64,000 nt of DNA from a bacterium (GTDB taxonomy: Bacteria; UBA8248), in contig OZ241875.1 in NCBI GenBank assembly GCA_965203325.1, forward strand, positions 32,001 through 96,000, given 5' to 3'. The notes below the pieces were generated by a model. That model saw only the letters and a program-made list of their open reading frames with translations, made no database searches and was not told where the DNA came from. Shown here one piece after another: positions 10,871 to 20,130 of this stretch (position 1 is the first letter of the stretch; each line of letters opens with the position of its first letter). The position numbers and the translations under genes were made by a program.

Positions 10871-12031
10871 TTGACGGTACACCTCTCCGCCGAGCGGAAA
10901 AACGAGTTGATGAGCCAGGCACTCTCTCTCGCGGGGCGCGCGGAGGGAATGACGAGCCCGAACCCGCTCGTCGGGGCCATTGTTCTTGACGCCGACGGAG
11001 AGATAGTGGGCCGGGGCTGGCACCAAAAGGCAGGGGAGCCGCACGCAGAAGTTCTGGCTCTTGAGGAAGCGGGCGGGCGGGCACGAGGCGGTATCTTGTT
11101 CGTCACGCTGGAGCCGTGTTCTCACCAGGGCAGAACGCCCCCTTGCGCGCCTGCTGTGGTGGAGGCGGGCGTCGCTCACGTCATCGCCGCTGTTCTGGAC
11201 CCGAATCCGCAAGTGCAGGGAAAGGGATTTGCGCACTTGCGCGCGCATGGGGTCGGGGTGGAGACCGGCATCATGGTCGAGGAGGCGGTACGCCTGAATG
11301 AAGTATATTTTCACTGGTGGCGGCGTGGTCGGCCTTTTCTGACGCTTAAGGCCGCGGCAAGTCTGGACGGCAAAATCGCCACCCGGAGCGGGCAGAGCAG
11401 GTGGATAACGGGCGAGGAGGCGAGAGACGCGGGCCATCAATTCAGGAACAAGGTGGATGCCATCCTGGTAGGCGTGGAGACAGTGCTGAAGGACAACCCG
11501 TTGCTCACCGCGCGGCCAGGCGGCGCCGAGGGCAAGCCGCTCATGAGAGTCGTGCTGGACTCGAAACTCAGGACGCCCGCCCATGCCCGCATACTCGCGC
11601 CCCGGTCGGGGAGTTCCACCATCCTCGCGGCTACGGACGCGGCGCCCCCGGCGAAGGAAGAGGCGCTGCGCGAGGCGGGTGCGGAAATCATTCGAGGGGA
11701 AGCGGACCCCGAAGGCCGGGTGTCGCTCGCTCCGCTTTTGGAGTTGTTGGGAAGCCGCGGCGTTCGCCATATCCTCGCCGAAGGCGGCGGGCGGGTGCAC
11801 GGTTCCTTCCTTCGGGAAGGCCTGGCGGATCGGCTCCTGTATTTTCTGGCGCCCCTGGTCGTGGGGGACCATGAGGCGCCGGGCGCGGTTTCAGGCCTTG
11901 ATGAAGAGAAATTGCAATCTCTGCCCGGGTTATTTAATGTAACACATGAAGTTATGGGGAGTGATTTGTTGATTCAAGGATATTTCAAAAGACCGATTTG
12001 GAAAGATGTTGAGGAGTGGACAGGTGTTTAG
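10871..12031 (+). CDS. ribD: Bifunctional riboflavin deaminase/reductase RibD
   Basis: PNPLVGA, PHAE, TLEPCSHQGRTPPC, SLDGKIA, EGGG; start may be 10910. Confidence 0.95.
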   Translation: MTVHLSAERKNELMSQALSLAGRAEGMTSPNPLVGAIVLDADGEIVGRGWHQKAGEPHAEVLALEEAGGRARGGILFVTLEPCSHQGRTPPCAPAVVEAGVAHVIAAVLDPNPQVQGKGFAHLRAHGVGVETGIMVEEAVRLNEVYFHWWRRGRPFLTLKAAASLDGKIATRSGQSRWITGEEARDAGHQFRNKVDAILVGVETVLKDNPLLTARPGGAEGKPLMRVVLDSKLRTPAHARILAPRSGSSTILAATDAAPPAKEEALREAGAEIIRGEADPEGRVSLAPLLELLGSRGVRHILAEGGGRVHGSFLREGLADRLLYFLAPLVVGDHEAPGAVSGLDEEKLQSLPGLFNVTHEVMGSDLLIQGYFKRPIWKDVEEWTGV

Positions 12032-12674
12032 CGGAATTGTTGAGGCCATCGGCGCGATTCGTGCATTGAAAAAAGACGCCAAAGGCGCGCGGATCACCAT
12101 CGAGGCGCCGGGCGTTTTGAGCGGCGTGCGGCTCGGCGATTCGATTGCGCTCAATGGCGCCTGCATAACGGTTGTTGATTTTGACGACAGGAAGTTTGAA
12201 GCCGATTTGTCCGTCGAGACGCTGAGGCGTACGAATCTGGGAGAGCTGGTTGTCGGCGACCGATGCAACCTGGAGCGCGCCATGGCGCTGGGAGAACGGC
12301 TTGGGGGGCATCTCGTGAGCGGTCATGTGGACGGCGTGGGCAGAATCAAGAGCAGAAAAAATGAGGGCGACTCGATTTGGCTCACATTCGAGGCTCCGGT
12401 GGAGGTGATGCGCTATGTCGTCTATAAAGGTTCTATAGCAGTCGATGGAATCAGCTTGACGGTGGCGGCGTGCGATGGGGAGACTTTTTCTGTGTCGATC
12501 ATCCCGCATACGAGCGAGCAGACGACGCTCACGGAGAAGGAAGACGGCGCCGCGGTGAACCTGGAGGCGGATTTGATCGGGAAATACGTGGAGAAGCTGC
12601 TCGCGCCCCACGCGGATTCGAGGTCTCGAGACGGCATCACGATGGAAAAGTTAAAGGAGCAAGGCTATGCCTGA
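12024..12674 (+). CDS. ribE: Riboflavin synthase (alpha chain)
   Basis: N-terminal MFSGIVE from GTG after GAGGAG; GDSIALNGACITV, GGHLVSGHVD, KGSIAVDGISLTV. Confidence 0.95.
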   Translation: MFSGIVEAIGAIRALKKDAKGARITIEAPGVLSGVRLGDSIALNGACITVVDFDDRKFEADLSVETLRRTNLGELVVGDRCNLERAMALGERLGGHLVSGHVDGVGRIKSRKNEGDSIWLTFEAPVEVMRYVVYKGSIAVDGISLTVAACDGETFSVSIIPHTSEQTTLTEKEDGAAVNLEADLIGKYVEKLLAPHADSRSRDGITMEKLKEQGYA

Positions 12675-13899
12675 GCCGGGGGAGGAAAGAAACTTCGACG
12701 AAAATCCTTTCTCGACGATTGAAGAGGCGATCGGCGATATTCGCGAAGGGCGCATCGTCGTCCTCGTGGATGATGAGGATCGTGAAAACGAGGGCGATTT
12801 CATCCTCGCGGCCGAGAAGGTGACTCCGGAAGTAATCAACTTCATGACGAAACACGCGCGCGGTTTGGTTTGTCTCGCGCTCACGCCCGAGAAAGTGGAA
12901 TCTCTGGGTCTGCCCATGATGGTGCCCAGCGGCGAAAACGGCTCCGCTTTCGGCACGGCTTTTACGGTTTCCATCGAGGCTCGTGAAGGCGTTACGACGG
13001 GCATCAGCGCTTTCGACAGGGCCCACACCATACAAACGGCGATACAGCAAGACGCCAGGCCGTCGGACCTGGTGACGCCCGGCCACGTTTTCCCGCTGCG
13101 GGCGCAGCCGGGGGGCGTACTCCGGCGAGCGGGCCACACGGAGGGCACGGTGGATCTGGCCCGCCTGGCCGGCCTGCAGCCCGCGGGTGTTCTTTGCGAG
13201 GTCTTGAATGAAGACGGCTCGATGGCGCGTCTGCCCAACCTGCGGAAGATAGCGAAAAAAAATAATCTCTCCCTCGTGACCATCAAGGATCTCATCGCTT
13301 ACCGCATGCGGCACGATCGTCTCGTGGAGCGTGTGGAGGAGGCTGAGATGCCGACGGCGTTCGGCACTTTCAAGGTATATGCGTACCACAATCAAAGCAG
13401 CGGCAGGATTCACGCCGCTTTGGTGATGGGCGAGTTGAACCCGGACGAACCCACCCATATTCGGGTGCAGCCGGTGAACGCCATCTGGGACTTGTTGGCG
13501 CTTTTGCGATCTGATTGCCCGGACAGGATCAGAAACGCGCTGGCCAAAATTCAGGAGGCGGGTAAGGGGGTGTTGGTTTTCTTGCAGCCCGATTCGATGG
13601 GAGAGGAATTTTCCAGGAAAGAGAAGGTTTCTCCCGGCCCGCGTGAAGTGGAGCAGAAAATCGGAATCAAGAGCGCGCCGCTCGAAGGGTTGCGCGATTA
13701 CGGCATAGGGGCCCAAATACTCGTCGATTTGGGTTTGCGGCGGATTCGGATCATGACGAACGATGAGCGCAGGATTGTGGCGCTCGAAGGTTATGGCCTC
13801 GAACTCGAAGACAGGGTGGCGGTGGACATGGAGCCACCCTTGCCGTCTTTGCAGAAGAAGAGGAAGGACGGCAGGGAATCCTACTTGCAGCGTCCGTAA
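12667..13899 (+). CDS. ribB: DHBP synthase RibB fused to a degenerate GTP cyclohydrolase II-like domain (RibBX type)
   Basis: DDEDRENEGD, TAFTVSIEA, PGHVFPL, RAGHTE; C-terminal RDYGIGAQILVDLG but Zn-binding Cys motif missing. Confidence 0.9.
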   Translation: MPEPGEERNFDENPFSTIEEAIGDIREGRIVVLVDDEDRENEGDFILAAEKVTPEVINFMTKHARGLVCLALTPEKVESLGLPMMVPSGENGSAFGTAFTVSIEAREGVTTGISAFDRAHTIQTAIQQDARPSDLVTPGHVFPLRAQPGGVLRRAGHTEGTVDLARLAGLQPAGVLCEVLNEDGSMARLPNLRKIAKKNNLSLVTIKDLIAYRMRHDRLVERVEEAEMPTAFGTFKVYAYHNQSSGRIHAALVMGELNPDEPTHIRVQPVNAIWDLLALLRSDCPDRIRNALAKIQEAGKGVLVFLQPDSMGEEFSRKEKVSPGPREVEQKIGIKSAPLEGLRDYGIGAQILVDLGLRRIRIMTNDERRIVALEGYGLELEDRVAVDMEPPLPSLQKKRKDGRESYLQRP

Positions 13900-13919
13900 C
13901 ATAGGGGTGTGGAGAGGAA

Positions 13920-14420
13920 ATGGATAATCCGGTGGCGGGTGATCTGAATGGACGGGGACTGCGGATCGGCCTCGTCTCGTCGCGTTTCAACGATTTCATC
14001 GTGACGCACCTCGTCCGGGGGGCCGAGACGGCTTTGCGGCAATGCGGCGTATCCGGGACCGATATTGCGCTCGTACAGGTGCCGGGTTCGTTCGAGCTTC
14101 CGGCGGCTGCGATGCGGATGGCGAAATCGCAGAAATATGACGCCATCGTATGCCTGGGCTGCGTGATACGGGGCGCAACGTCTCACTACGATCTGGTGTG
14201 CGCCGAGGCGACGAAGGGCATCGCCCAGGTGGGTACTCAGACGGGAGTGCCGACCATTTTCGCCGTCGTCACGACGGACACGATTGAGCAGGCCATCGAG
14301 CGCTCGGGAACGAAGATGGGAAACAAGGGATACGAGGGCGGGCTGGCGGCCGTGGAGATGGCGAACTTGTTTTCGAAAATGGATGCGGATGGGAACGACG
14401 CTCCCGAAGAGGGAAAGTGA
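13920..14420 (+). CDS. ribH: 6,7-dimethyl-8-ribityllumazine synthase
   Basis: [34 protein letters not shown]. Confidence 0.96.
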   Translation: MDNPVAGDLNGRGLRIGLVSSRFNDFIVTHLVRGAETALRQCGVSGTDIALVQVPGSFELPAAAMRMAKSQKYDAIVCLGCVIRGATSHYDLVCAEATKGIAQVGTQTGVPTIFAVVTTDTIEQAIERSGTKMGNKGYEGGLAAVEMANLFSKMDADGNDAPEEGK

Positions 14421-14833
14421 TGGTGGAGAACAGAAAGGCGGGGCGAGAGCTTGCGTTTCAAATCCTGTATCACACCGACCGCACCGGAAGTCTGACGCCG
14501 GAGGAGGTGGAGCGCTATTGGCGGTTGCATCCGGCGGATGAGAGTTCAAAAATGTTCGCCGACAGGTTGATGGCGCTCATTCTGGAGAAAGACCGGCAGA
14601 TTAACGATTTGCTCAACGAAGCGAGCGAGAGTTGGTCGCTTGAGCGCATGGATGCCGTATCGAGGAGCATATTGCGTTTGGGCGTTTGTGAAATGTACTT
14701 TGTTCTGGATATCCCGCCTGCGGTCACGATGGATGAAGCGATTCGCCTGGCCAAACGATACGGACCGGAAAATGCGCCCGGCTTCGTGAACGGTATTCTG
14801 GATCGCCTCTATCAAGAGAAAACGGCGGTATAA
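14417..14833 (+). CDS. nusB: Transcription antitermination factor NusB
   Basis: [37 protein letters not shown]; follows ribH. Confidence 0.92.
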   Translation: MMVENRKAGRELAFQILYHTDRTGSLTPEEVERYWRLHPADESSKMFADRLMALILEKDRQINDLLNEASESWSLERMDAVSRSILRLGVCEMYFVLDIPPAVTMDEAIRLAKRYGPENAPGFVNGILDRLYQEKTAV

Positions 14834-14836
14834 GAG

Positions 14837-15391
14837 GTGATACGACTTCGCTTGTTTCCCCAGGGACTGCATGAGGTGAAAAGTTTTGCCGCCGTTTGCA
14901 TGTTCGCGGTGGAGCATTTTCCGTTTCAAGGGCGATTGCTGCAAATCGACCGCTTGCTGGAGAGCGAGGTGAGCGGTCTCATCGAGCAGGGCAAATTGAG
15001 CGGCGCCTGGGAGTCGCAAGCCATGTTTGCCTCGAAGGGGCGGCTCGCGCCTGAGTATGTGTTGTTCGCAGGTGTCGGCTCTATGGAAGACTTGACCCTC
15101 ACAAAGCTCTACCGGCATGCGAAGGATATTTTTGGAAGGATGATGAGGGCGTCGGCGAAGAATTTATCGATGCAGGTTTCCGGTTTCGCGCAGCTTCCCG
15201 ATGACTTCACTCCCGTGGCCACGGAGATTATGAACGGTGCGATACGAGGCGTCATCGGAAATCCCTGGGATGTCGATATTCTTGTTTGCGAACCAGATGA
15301 TGAGAAATATGACGAATTGATTATGCTGAGTGAGCAAATTGCTTTCAGCAGTGTGAAGAATCGTGAACTCTCCTTGGAGGTTTTGATTTGA
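14837..15391 (+). CDS. Hypothetical protein resembling the stand-alone N-terminal domain of M17 leucyl aminopeptidase
   Basis: LLQIDRLLESEVSGLIEQGKLSGAWE...YVLFAGVG pattern; in operon with a GAGG SD. Confidence 0.5.
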   Translation: MIRLRLFPQGLHEVKSFAAVCMFAVEHFPFQGRLLQIDRLLESEVSGLIEQGKLSGAWESQAMFASKGRLAPEYVLFAGVGSMEDLTLTKLYRHAKDIFGRMMRASAKNLSMQVSGFAQLPDDFTPVATEIMNGAIRGVIGNPWDVDILVCEPDDEKYDELIMLSEQIAFSSVKNRELSLEVLI

Positions 15392-15924
15392 GCGGGGCGC
15401 CTTTGAGGACAGTTCACGATATCCGTTTCGCTCTGTTGATATGCATTTTTCTGTCAGCGGGCTGCGGCTACGAACTCGAAGGGACCTTACGACCCAAGAA
15501 ACTCGAAGCAGTGCAGACCATTTCGATATCACCATTCCTGAACCATACGGACGAGCCGGGCCTTGGACGCGCCGTTACGAAAGCGATGAGAGGAAGGTTC
15601 CTGCGGGACGGCCGCCTCCGGGTTTCCGACTCTCCCGATGCGGACGTCGCTCTCGAAGGTGTTGTGCGCGAATATCGTCTCTCTCCAATCGGCTTCACCC
15701 AGGCTGACAGGGTTCAGCGATACCGCGTCGTGGTGCGCACGCGAATACGTCTGCACGACAAAGGGCGGAAGAAATTGCTCATCAATCAGGATTTGGAGTC
15801 TTATGCCGAATTCGCTGTTTCATCCTCAATAGCGCAAAGTGACATGAGCCGCTCGAACGCCCATCAACAGGCAGCCGACTCTTTATCGAAAGACGTCGTC
15901 AGCCTCGTGTTAGAGGGTTTTTAG
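15388..15924 (+). CDS. lptE: LPS assembly lipoprotein LptE-like
   Basis: Lipobox LSAGC followed by GY; FLNHT.EPGL; upstream of holA. Confidence 0.75.
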   Translation: MSGAPLRTVHDIRFALLICIFLSAGCGYELEGTLRPKKLEAVQTISISPFLNHTDEPGLGRAVTKAMRGRFLRDGRLRVSDSPDADVALEGVVREYRLSPIGFTQADRVQRYRVVVRTRIRLHDKGRKKLLINQDLESYAEFAVSSSIAQSDMSRSNAHQQAADSLSKDVVSLVLEGF

Positions 15925-15925
15925 A

Positions 15926-16969
15926 TTGGCCTCGGGCCGAAAAAAGCCGAAGAGTTCTCTGGCAGCGCTCTCCGATGTCCAAAACGCGCCGACGCAACCC
16001 GTATACCTTTTGGAAGGCAAAGACTCTTTTTTGCGGGATGAATACCTGCGCGTCATTCGACGCAAGGTTCTTGGCGACGGGCCGGATGATTTCACCCATG
16101 ACCGTTTCGACTGGGCCGAGGCCGATGCGCCCGCCATCATCACCATCGCCCAGACGATGCCGTTTATGGCGGAGAAGCGCCTCATTGAAATCCTCAATTT
16201 CACCAGGCCGGGCGAGAGAGATGAGTCCATCTTCCTCTCTTATCTCGAGAACCCATCCGCGTCCACGGTTCTGGTCTTTTGCGTGGAAAACGTCGACATG
16301 CGCACCACTTTCTTCCAGCGCCTGGTTAAGGCGAGCGCGCATTGTCGGGTGGATATCCTGGAGGGGGAGGAATTAAAGAAATGGCTTCACGGGCGCGCCG
16401 TGGAGTTGGGGTTCGAGTTGCGGCCGGAGGCCGCCGATATGTTGGTCGCTATGGTCAAACCCTCCATGATGAGGCTCAGCACCGAACTCGAGAAAATCGC
16501 TTCCTATTTGATGCCGGGAACGGTGGCCGGTGCGGAGGAGATTCGCGAAATCGTCGGCCACTCCAGAGAAGAATTGCTGTATAAGCTGGGTGATTCACTC
16601 AGCCAGGGGAGTTTGGGTGGAACCCTCGCTCTCTTGCGCCGGATGATGGAAACCGAACATCCCGTCGTTTTCATCGGGTTGTTGCGCAATTTGATTCGGC
16701 GTTGGACGATTTCAAAGTCCTTGATTAGAAGTGGCCGGGGCGCCCAGGGAATCTCTCAGACGCTGGGTCTGCAGCCCTTTGTGGCGAGGAGGCTCGAGAG
16801 TCAGGTGAGGGGATTGCGTTCCGCTTACTTGCGCGAGTTATACGGGAAGCTGCTTCAGGTGGACCGCAAGCTCAAGCGGACGAGCGACATGAAGGTCGCC
16901 CGTCAGACGCTGGAATTGTTTTTGGTGGATGTGCGATCCTCCAGAAGCGGGCCGCACAAGGTTGTTTAG
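15926..16969 (+). CDS. holA: DNA polymerase III delta subunit
   Basis: PVYLLEG, AQTMPFMAEKRL, ELEKI, QPFVA, LLQVDRKLK; converges on rpsT. Confidence 0.88.
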   Translation: MASGRKKPKSSLAALSDVQNAPTQPVYLLEGKDSFLRDEYLRVIRRKVLGDGPDDFTHDRFDWAEADAPAIITIAQTMPFMAEKRLIEILNFTRPGERDESIFLSYLENPSASTVLVFCVENVDMRTTFFQRLVKASAHCRVDILEGEELKKWLHGRAVELGFELRPEAADMLVAMVKPSMMRLSTELEKIASYLMPGTVAGAEEIREIVGHSREELLYKLGDSLSQGSLGGTLALLRRMMETEHPVVFIGLLRNLIRRWTISKSLIRSGRGAQGISQTLGLQPFVARRLESQVRGLRSAYLRELYGKLLQVDRKLKRTSDMKVARQTLELFLVDVRSSRSGPHKVV

Positions 16970-17227
16970 TTATTTCGAAGAGGCCGCATGAACCCGCTTG
17001 GCCAATCTTCCCGCGTGTCTCGACGCTGTTTTTTTGTGGATAATTCCTTTGGTGGCTGCGCGATCCAATTGCGACTGGGCTTTTCTCAGCAACTCTTCAG
17101 GGTTTTCTTCGCTATTCACCAGGACTTGTTTGATGGTATTGCGAAATTGAGTCCGAATAGCGCGGTTTCTGGCGCGGCGAACGATATTCTGGCGATTGCG
17201 CTTCTTGGCCGAACGAATATGTGGCAA
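16970..17227 (-). CDS. rpsT: 30S ribosomal protein S20
   Basis: MPHIRSAKKRNRQ, LDRAATKGIIHKKTASR. Confidence 0.96.
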   Translation of the reverse strand: MPHIRSAKKRNRQNIVRRARNRAIRTQFRNTIKQVLVNSEENPEELLRKAQSQLDRAATKGIIHKKTASRHAGRLAKRVHAASSK

Positions 17228-17266
17228 TTTGTTTCATTCTCCGTAAAGATGGTTGAAATGTCTCTC

Positions 17267-17318
17267 TTGAGGCTGTTCCGCAGCCCCGGTAAAATACCAC
17301 GGAACAAAGGGTTGTCAA
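17267..17318. promoter_or_regulatory. Candidate overlapping divergent sigma70 promoters for rpsT (-) and murJ (+)
   Basis: Minus: TTGACA (17318-17313)-N16-TATTTT; plus: TTGAGG (17267)-N17-TAAAAT (17290). Confidence 0.4.
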
Positions 17319-17345
17319 GCTCACCGCCCTGGTGTCAGGAACCCT

Positions 17346-19025
17346 GTGACCACGCCACCTGAATCCTCTAATCCGGGACGAGAAGAAAATACTTTTGCCG
17401 CTGCGCCGGCAGGGAATGGCGATTCCTCGCCGGAAGAGAGTATTTCCAGGTTTGCGGGTCCCGTCAGCCTGGCCACTCTCCTCAGTCGCGTTGCGGGTTT
17501 TTTCCGGGATTTGCTCATCGCCAAATTTTTTGGCGCCGCGATGATGGCCGATGCCTTTTTCGTCGCATTTGCGATTCCCAATCTTTTCAGGCGCATGTTC
17601 ATGGAAGGGGCTCTGAGCTCCTCGTTTCTTCCTGTTTACTCCGATGTGCGAGAGCAATCCGGGATCAAAGAAGCAAAAAAATTCGCCGGCGGCATGTTGG
17701 TGTTTCTCATCTTCGCGGGGAGTGCGGGTTGCGCGATAGGGATTTGGTTCGCTGACCCTTTGATGAGAGTGCTGGCGCCTGGTTTTTCGAGCAACCCGGA
17801 AAAACTGGATCTCGCGGCGCAACTCACCAGAATTATGTTTCCGTTCATTATTTTTATCGGCCTGTGGGCGGTCGCAGCCGGTATGTTGAACGCGGCGCGC
17901 CGCTTTTTCGTGCCCGCTTTCGCACCCGCGCTCCAGAACGTGGTTATCATCTTTGCTCTTTTGCTGGCGGATTTTTGGGCAAACAGGGCGGAAGCCATCC
18001 GCTGGCTCGCCTGGGCCGTCGTCATTGGCGGGGCGGCGCAATTTTTCTTCCAACTCCCCTTCATGGGGAAATTACGAATTTTACCGCTTCCCTCTATTCC
18101 TTGGAGGGTGGAGGGTGTCGGTCGATGTCTGGCGCTGATGGGGCCGGCGGCTCTAGGAGGTGTTGTTTTTCAGGTCAATGTTCTCGTTGACAGGTGGCTG
18201 GCTTCGTTCCTGGCGGAAGGCTCCATTTCTTATCTCTACTATGCGAACCGATTGGTTCAGCTCCCTCATGGCATATTGAGTCTCGCGGTGGTGTCCGCCG
18301 TTTTGCCGGTTTTGGCTGATTATGCGGCGCAAAACAGGGAAAATTCCGCATCTGGAGATTCCGAGCGGGGCGCCATGCTCGAGGCGGGGAGGTTGACCCT
18401 GTTCATCACCATTCCCTCTTCATTCGGCCTGATGGTTTTGGCCCACCCGATCATGGAGGTTATTTTCGAGCGGGGCGCCTTTACGCAAACCCATACCGCT
18501 GCGAGCGCAGCCGCGCTGCGGGCTTATGCGGCGGGGTTGATGTTTTTCGGGATCACGAGACTTTTGGCCGGGGTGTTTCACGCTCGATTGAACACGAGTT
18601 TTCCGGTGAAGTGCGCCAATATCGCTGTCCTCGCCAACGTGGCCCTCAGCGTCGCCCTGATGTTCCCTCTCGGGTTTATCGGCCTCGCGCTCGCCACGTC
18701 GTGCTCAAGCGCCTTAAACGCGGTGCTGTTACTGCGAGGCGTCATGCGCGAGTGGAGCGATTTTCCGAAAAGGGAGTTGGCTCATTCCCTGAGCAGGCTT
18801 CTGGGGCTTGGAATCTTGACGGGGGTTCTCGCATATTTCGTTCATCTTCAACTCGTTCATCTGCAATTGTGGGATGCGCAGCACTCGTCGGCCCTCAAAT
18901 TGGCGATGATGATGCTCGAGGTATCCATGGCCGCCTGCTTCTATATTTTCATGGCGAAAAAAATCGATGCTTCTTCGTATGAAACCTGGCGCCGTTTCAC
19001 TCGCCTCACATGGAGAAAATCCTGA
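17346..19025 (+). CDS. murJ: Lipid II flippase MurJ (MviN)
   Basis: LSRVAGFFRD, DAFFVAFAIPNLFRR, YYANRLVQLP, FERGAF. Confidence 0.94.
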   Translation: MTTPPESSNPGREENTFAAAPAGNGDSSPEESISRFAGPVSLATLLSRVAGFFRDLLIAKFFGAAMMADAFFVAFAIPNLFRRMFMEGALSSSFLPVYSDVREQSGIKEAKKFAGGMLVFLIFAGSAGCAIGIWFADPLMRVLAPGFSSNPEKLDLAAQLTRIMFPFIIFIGLWAVAAGMLNAARRFFVPAFAPALQNVVIIFALLLADFWANRAEAIRWLAWAVVIGGAAQFFFQLPFMGKLRILPLPSIPWRVEGVGRCLALMGPAALGGVVFQVNVLVDRWLASFLAEGSISYLYYANRLVQLPHGILSLAVVSAVLPVLADYAAQNRENSASGDSERGAMLEAGRLTLFITIPSSFGLMVLAHPIMEVIFERGAFTQTHTAASAAALRAYAAGLMFFGITRLLAGVFHARLNTSFPVKCANIAVLANVALSVALMFPLGFIGLALATSCSSALNAVLLLRGVMREWSDFPKRELAHSLSRLLGLGILTGVLAYFVHLQLVHLQLWDAQHSSALKLAMMMLEVSMAACFYIFMAKKIDASSYETWRRFTRLTWRKS

Positions 19026-19060
19026 GCAATGGGGAGCATGCGGTGAGGAAGGAAAAGTTT

Positions 19061-19996
19061 TTGACTGAAGAGCACGAAAAAAATAATCCGGTTTCGCTGG
19101 ATACGAGCCTGGTCGATATTTTAAGGACTTTCAGGGATTTCCTTCTTATCGAGCGCCGCCGTGCGGTGAACACCGTCGAGAGTTACGGGCGCGACGTCGA
19201 ATCGTTTTTCTGTTGGCTCCAGGAAAACGGGGACGTTTCACCGGCGAATTGGTCGAAGAACATCGTCATTGATTATCTCAAGGATAAGCGGGAGAAGGGG
19301 AAATCGGACACCACGCTGCGGCGGCACCTGGCGTCCATTCGCGCGCTCGCCAGATTGTTGGTTCGCGACGGGTACGCAAAGGAGGATTTTACGGCGGACA
19401 TTGCGCAACCTGCAAAATGGAAGCGTTTGCCCAAGACCCTTTCGCAAGAAGAGATGTCAAAGATTTTGCTGGCGCCTGACGGCAAAACACCGCAGGCGGT
19501 GCGGGACAAGGCGATGTTCGAGCTTTTGTACGCCACCGGCATGCGCGTCAGTGAGATCATTCGACTCAAACTCAACCAGATTGAACTTGAATCGGGTTTT
19601 TGCATTGTTCACGGAAAGGGAGATAAGTCCCGGCTTGTTCCCATAGGAGATGAAGCGAAAGATATGCTTGCGGATTATCTTGGCGCCGCTCGACAAAGTC
19701 TGCTACGCGCCCGGAAATCGGATTATGTATTTCTCACGGGCCGGGGAGGACCCATGACCCGGCAAGCTTTTTGGGCGCGGGTCAAGAGATGGGCCAAAGA
19801 AGCAGGCGTGGGCAAAAGCGTGAGTCCCCATGTGTTTCGACACAGCTTTGCAACTCATTTGCTCAATCACGGGGCCGATCTGCGGGCCGTTCAGGCGATG
19901 CTCGGGCATTCGGATATTTCCACCACCGAGGTCTACACGCATGTTGATAGGCAAAAACTGCGGGGACTCTTGGACAAGAGCCACCCGAGGGGGTAG
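19061..19996 (+). CDS. xerD: Tyrosine recombinase XerD
   Basis: NTVESYGRD, LYATGMRVSE, GKGDKSR, SPHVFRHSFATHLL, LGHSDISTTEVYTHV (full R-K-H-R-H-Y set); start 19061 TTG or 19010. Confidence 0.92.
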   Translation: MTEEHEKNNPVSLDTSLVDILRTFRDFLLIERRRAVNTVESYGRDVESFFCWLQENGDVSPANWSKNIVIDYLKDKREKGKSDTTLRRHLASIRALARLLVRDGYAKEDFTADIAQPAKWKRLPKTLSQEEMSKILLAPDGKTPQAVRDKAMFELLYATGMRVSEIIRLKLNQIELESGFCIVHGKGDKSRLVPIGDEAKDMLADYLGAARQSLLRARKSDYVFLTGRGGPMTRQAFWARVKRWAKEAGVGKSVSPHVFRHSFATHLLNHGADLRAVQAMLGHSDISTTEVYTHVDRQKLRGLLDKSHPRG

Positions 19997-20019
19997 GAAA
20001 TAAAAATAAAGTTCTTTTG

Positions 20020-20048
20020 TTGACGCCTGAAATTCTGGGGCGTACGAT
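20020..20048 (+). promoter_or_regulatory. Candidate sigma70 promoter of the phoH-HD-ybeY operon
   Basis: TTGACG-N17-TACGAT preceded by an A-rich UP-like tract. Confidence 0.55.
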
Positions 20049-20130
20049 CAAATGGCGCATGGAGCTTGGATTTTCTTTTCGAAAGACGACACATGCAAAT
20101 ACGGGGAGCCTGAATCTTTTGGCGACAAGG

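Noticed and set aside
11932..11962. ATTTAATGTAA-N9-TTATG resembling a reversed dif site in ribD
   Set aside because: Spacer is 9 bp rather than 6, the inner CATAA is broken, and it lies inside a CDS.
19061..19996. Tyrosine recombinase as a phage or island integrase
   Set aside because: Size and motifs fit housekeeping XerD, flanked by core genes with no att repeats.
20017..20130. N-terminal extension of PhoH in the ORF track
   Set aside because: It overlaps a good sigma70 promoter, so the real start is probably downstream.
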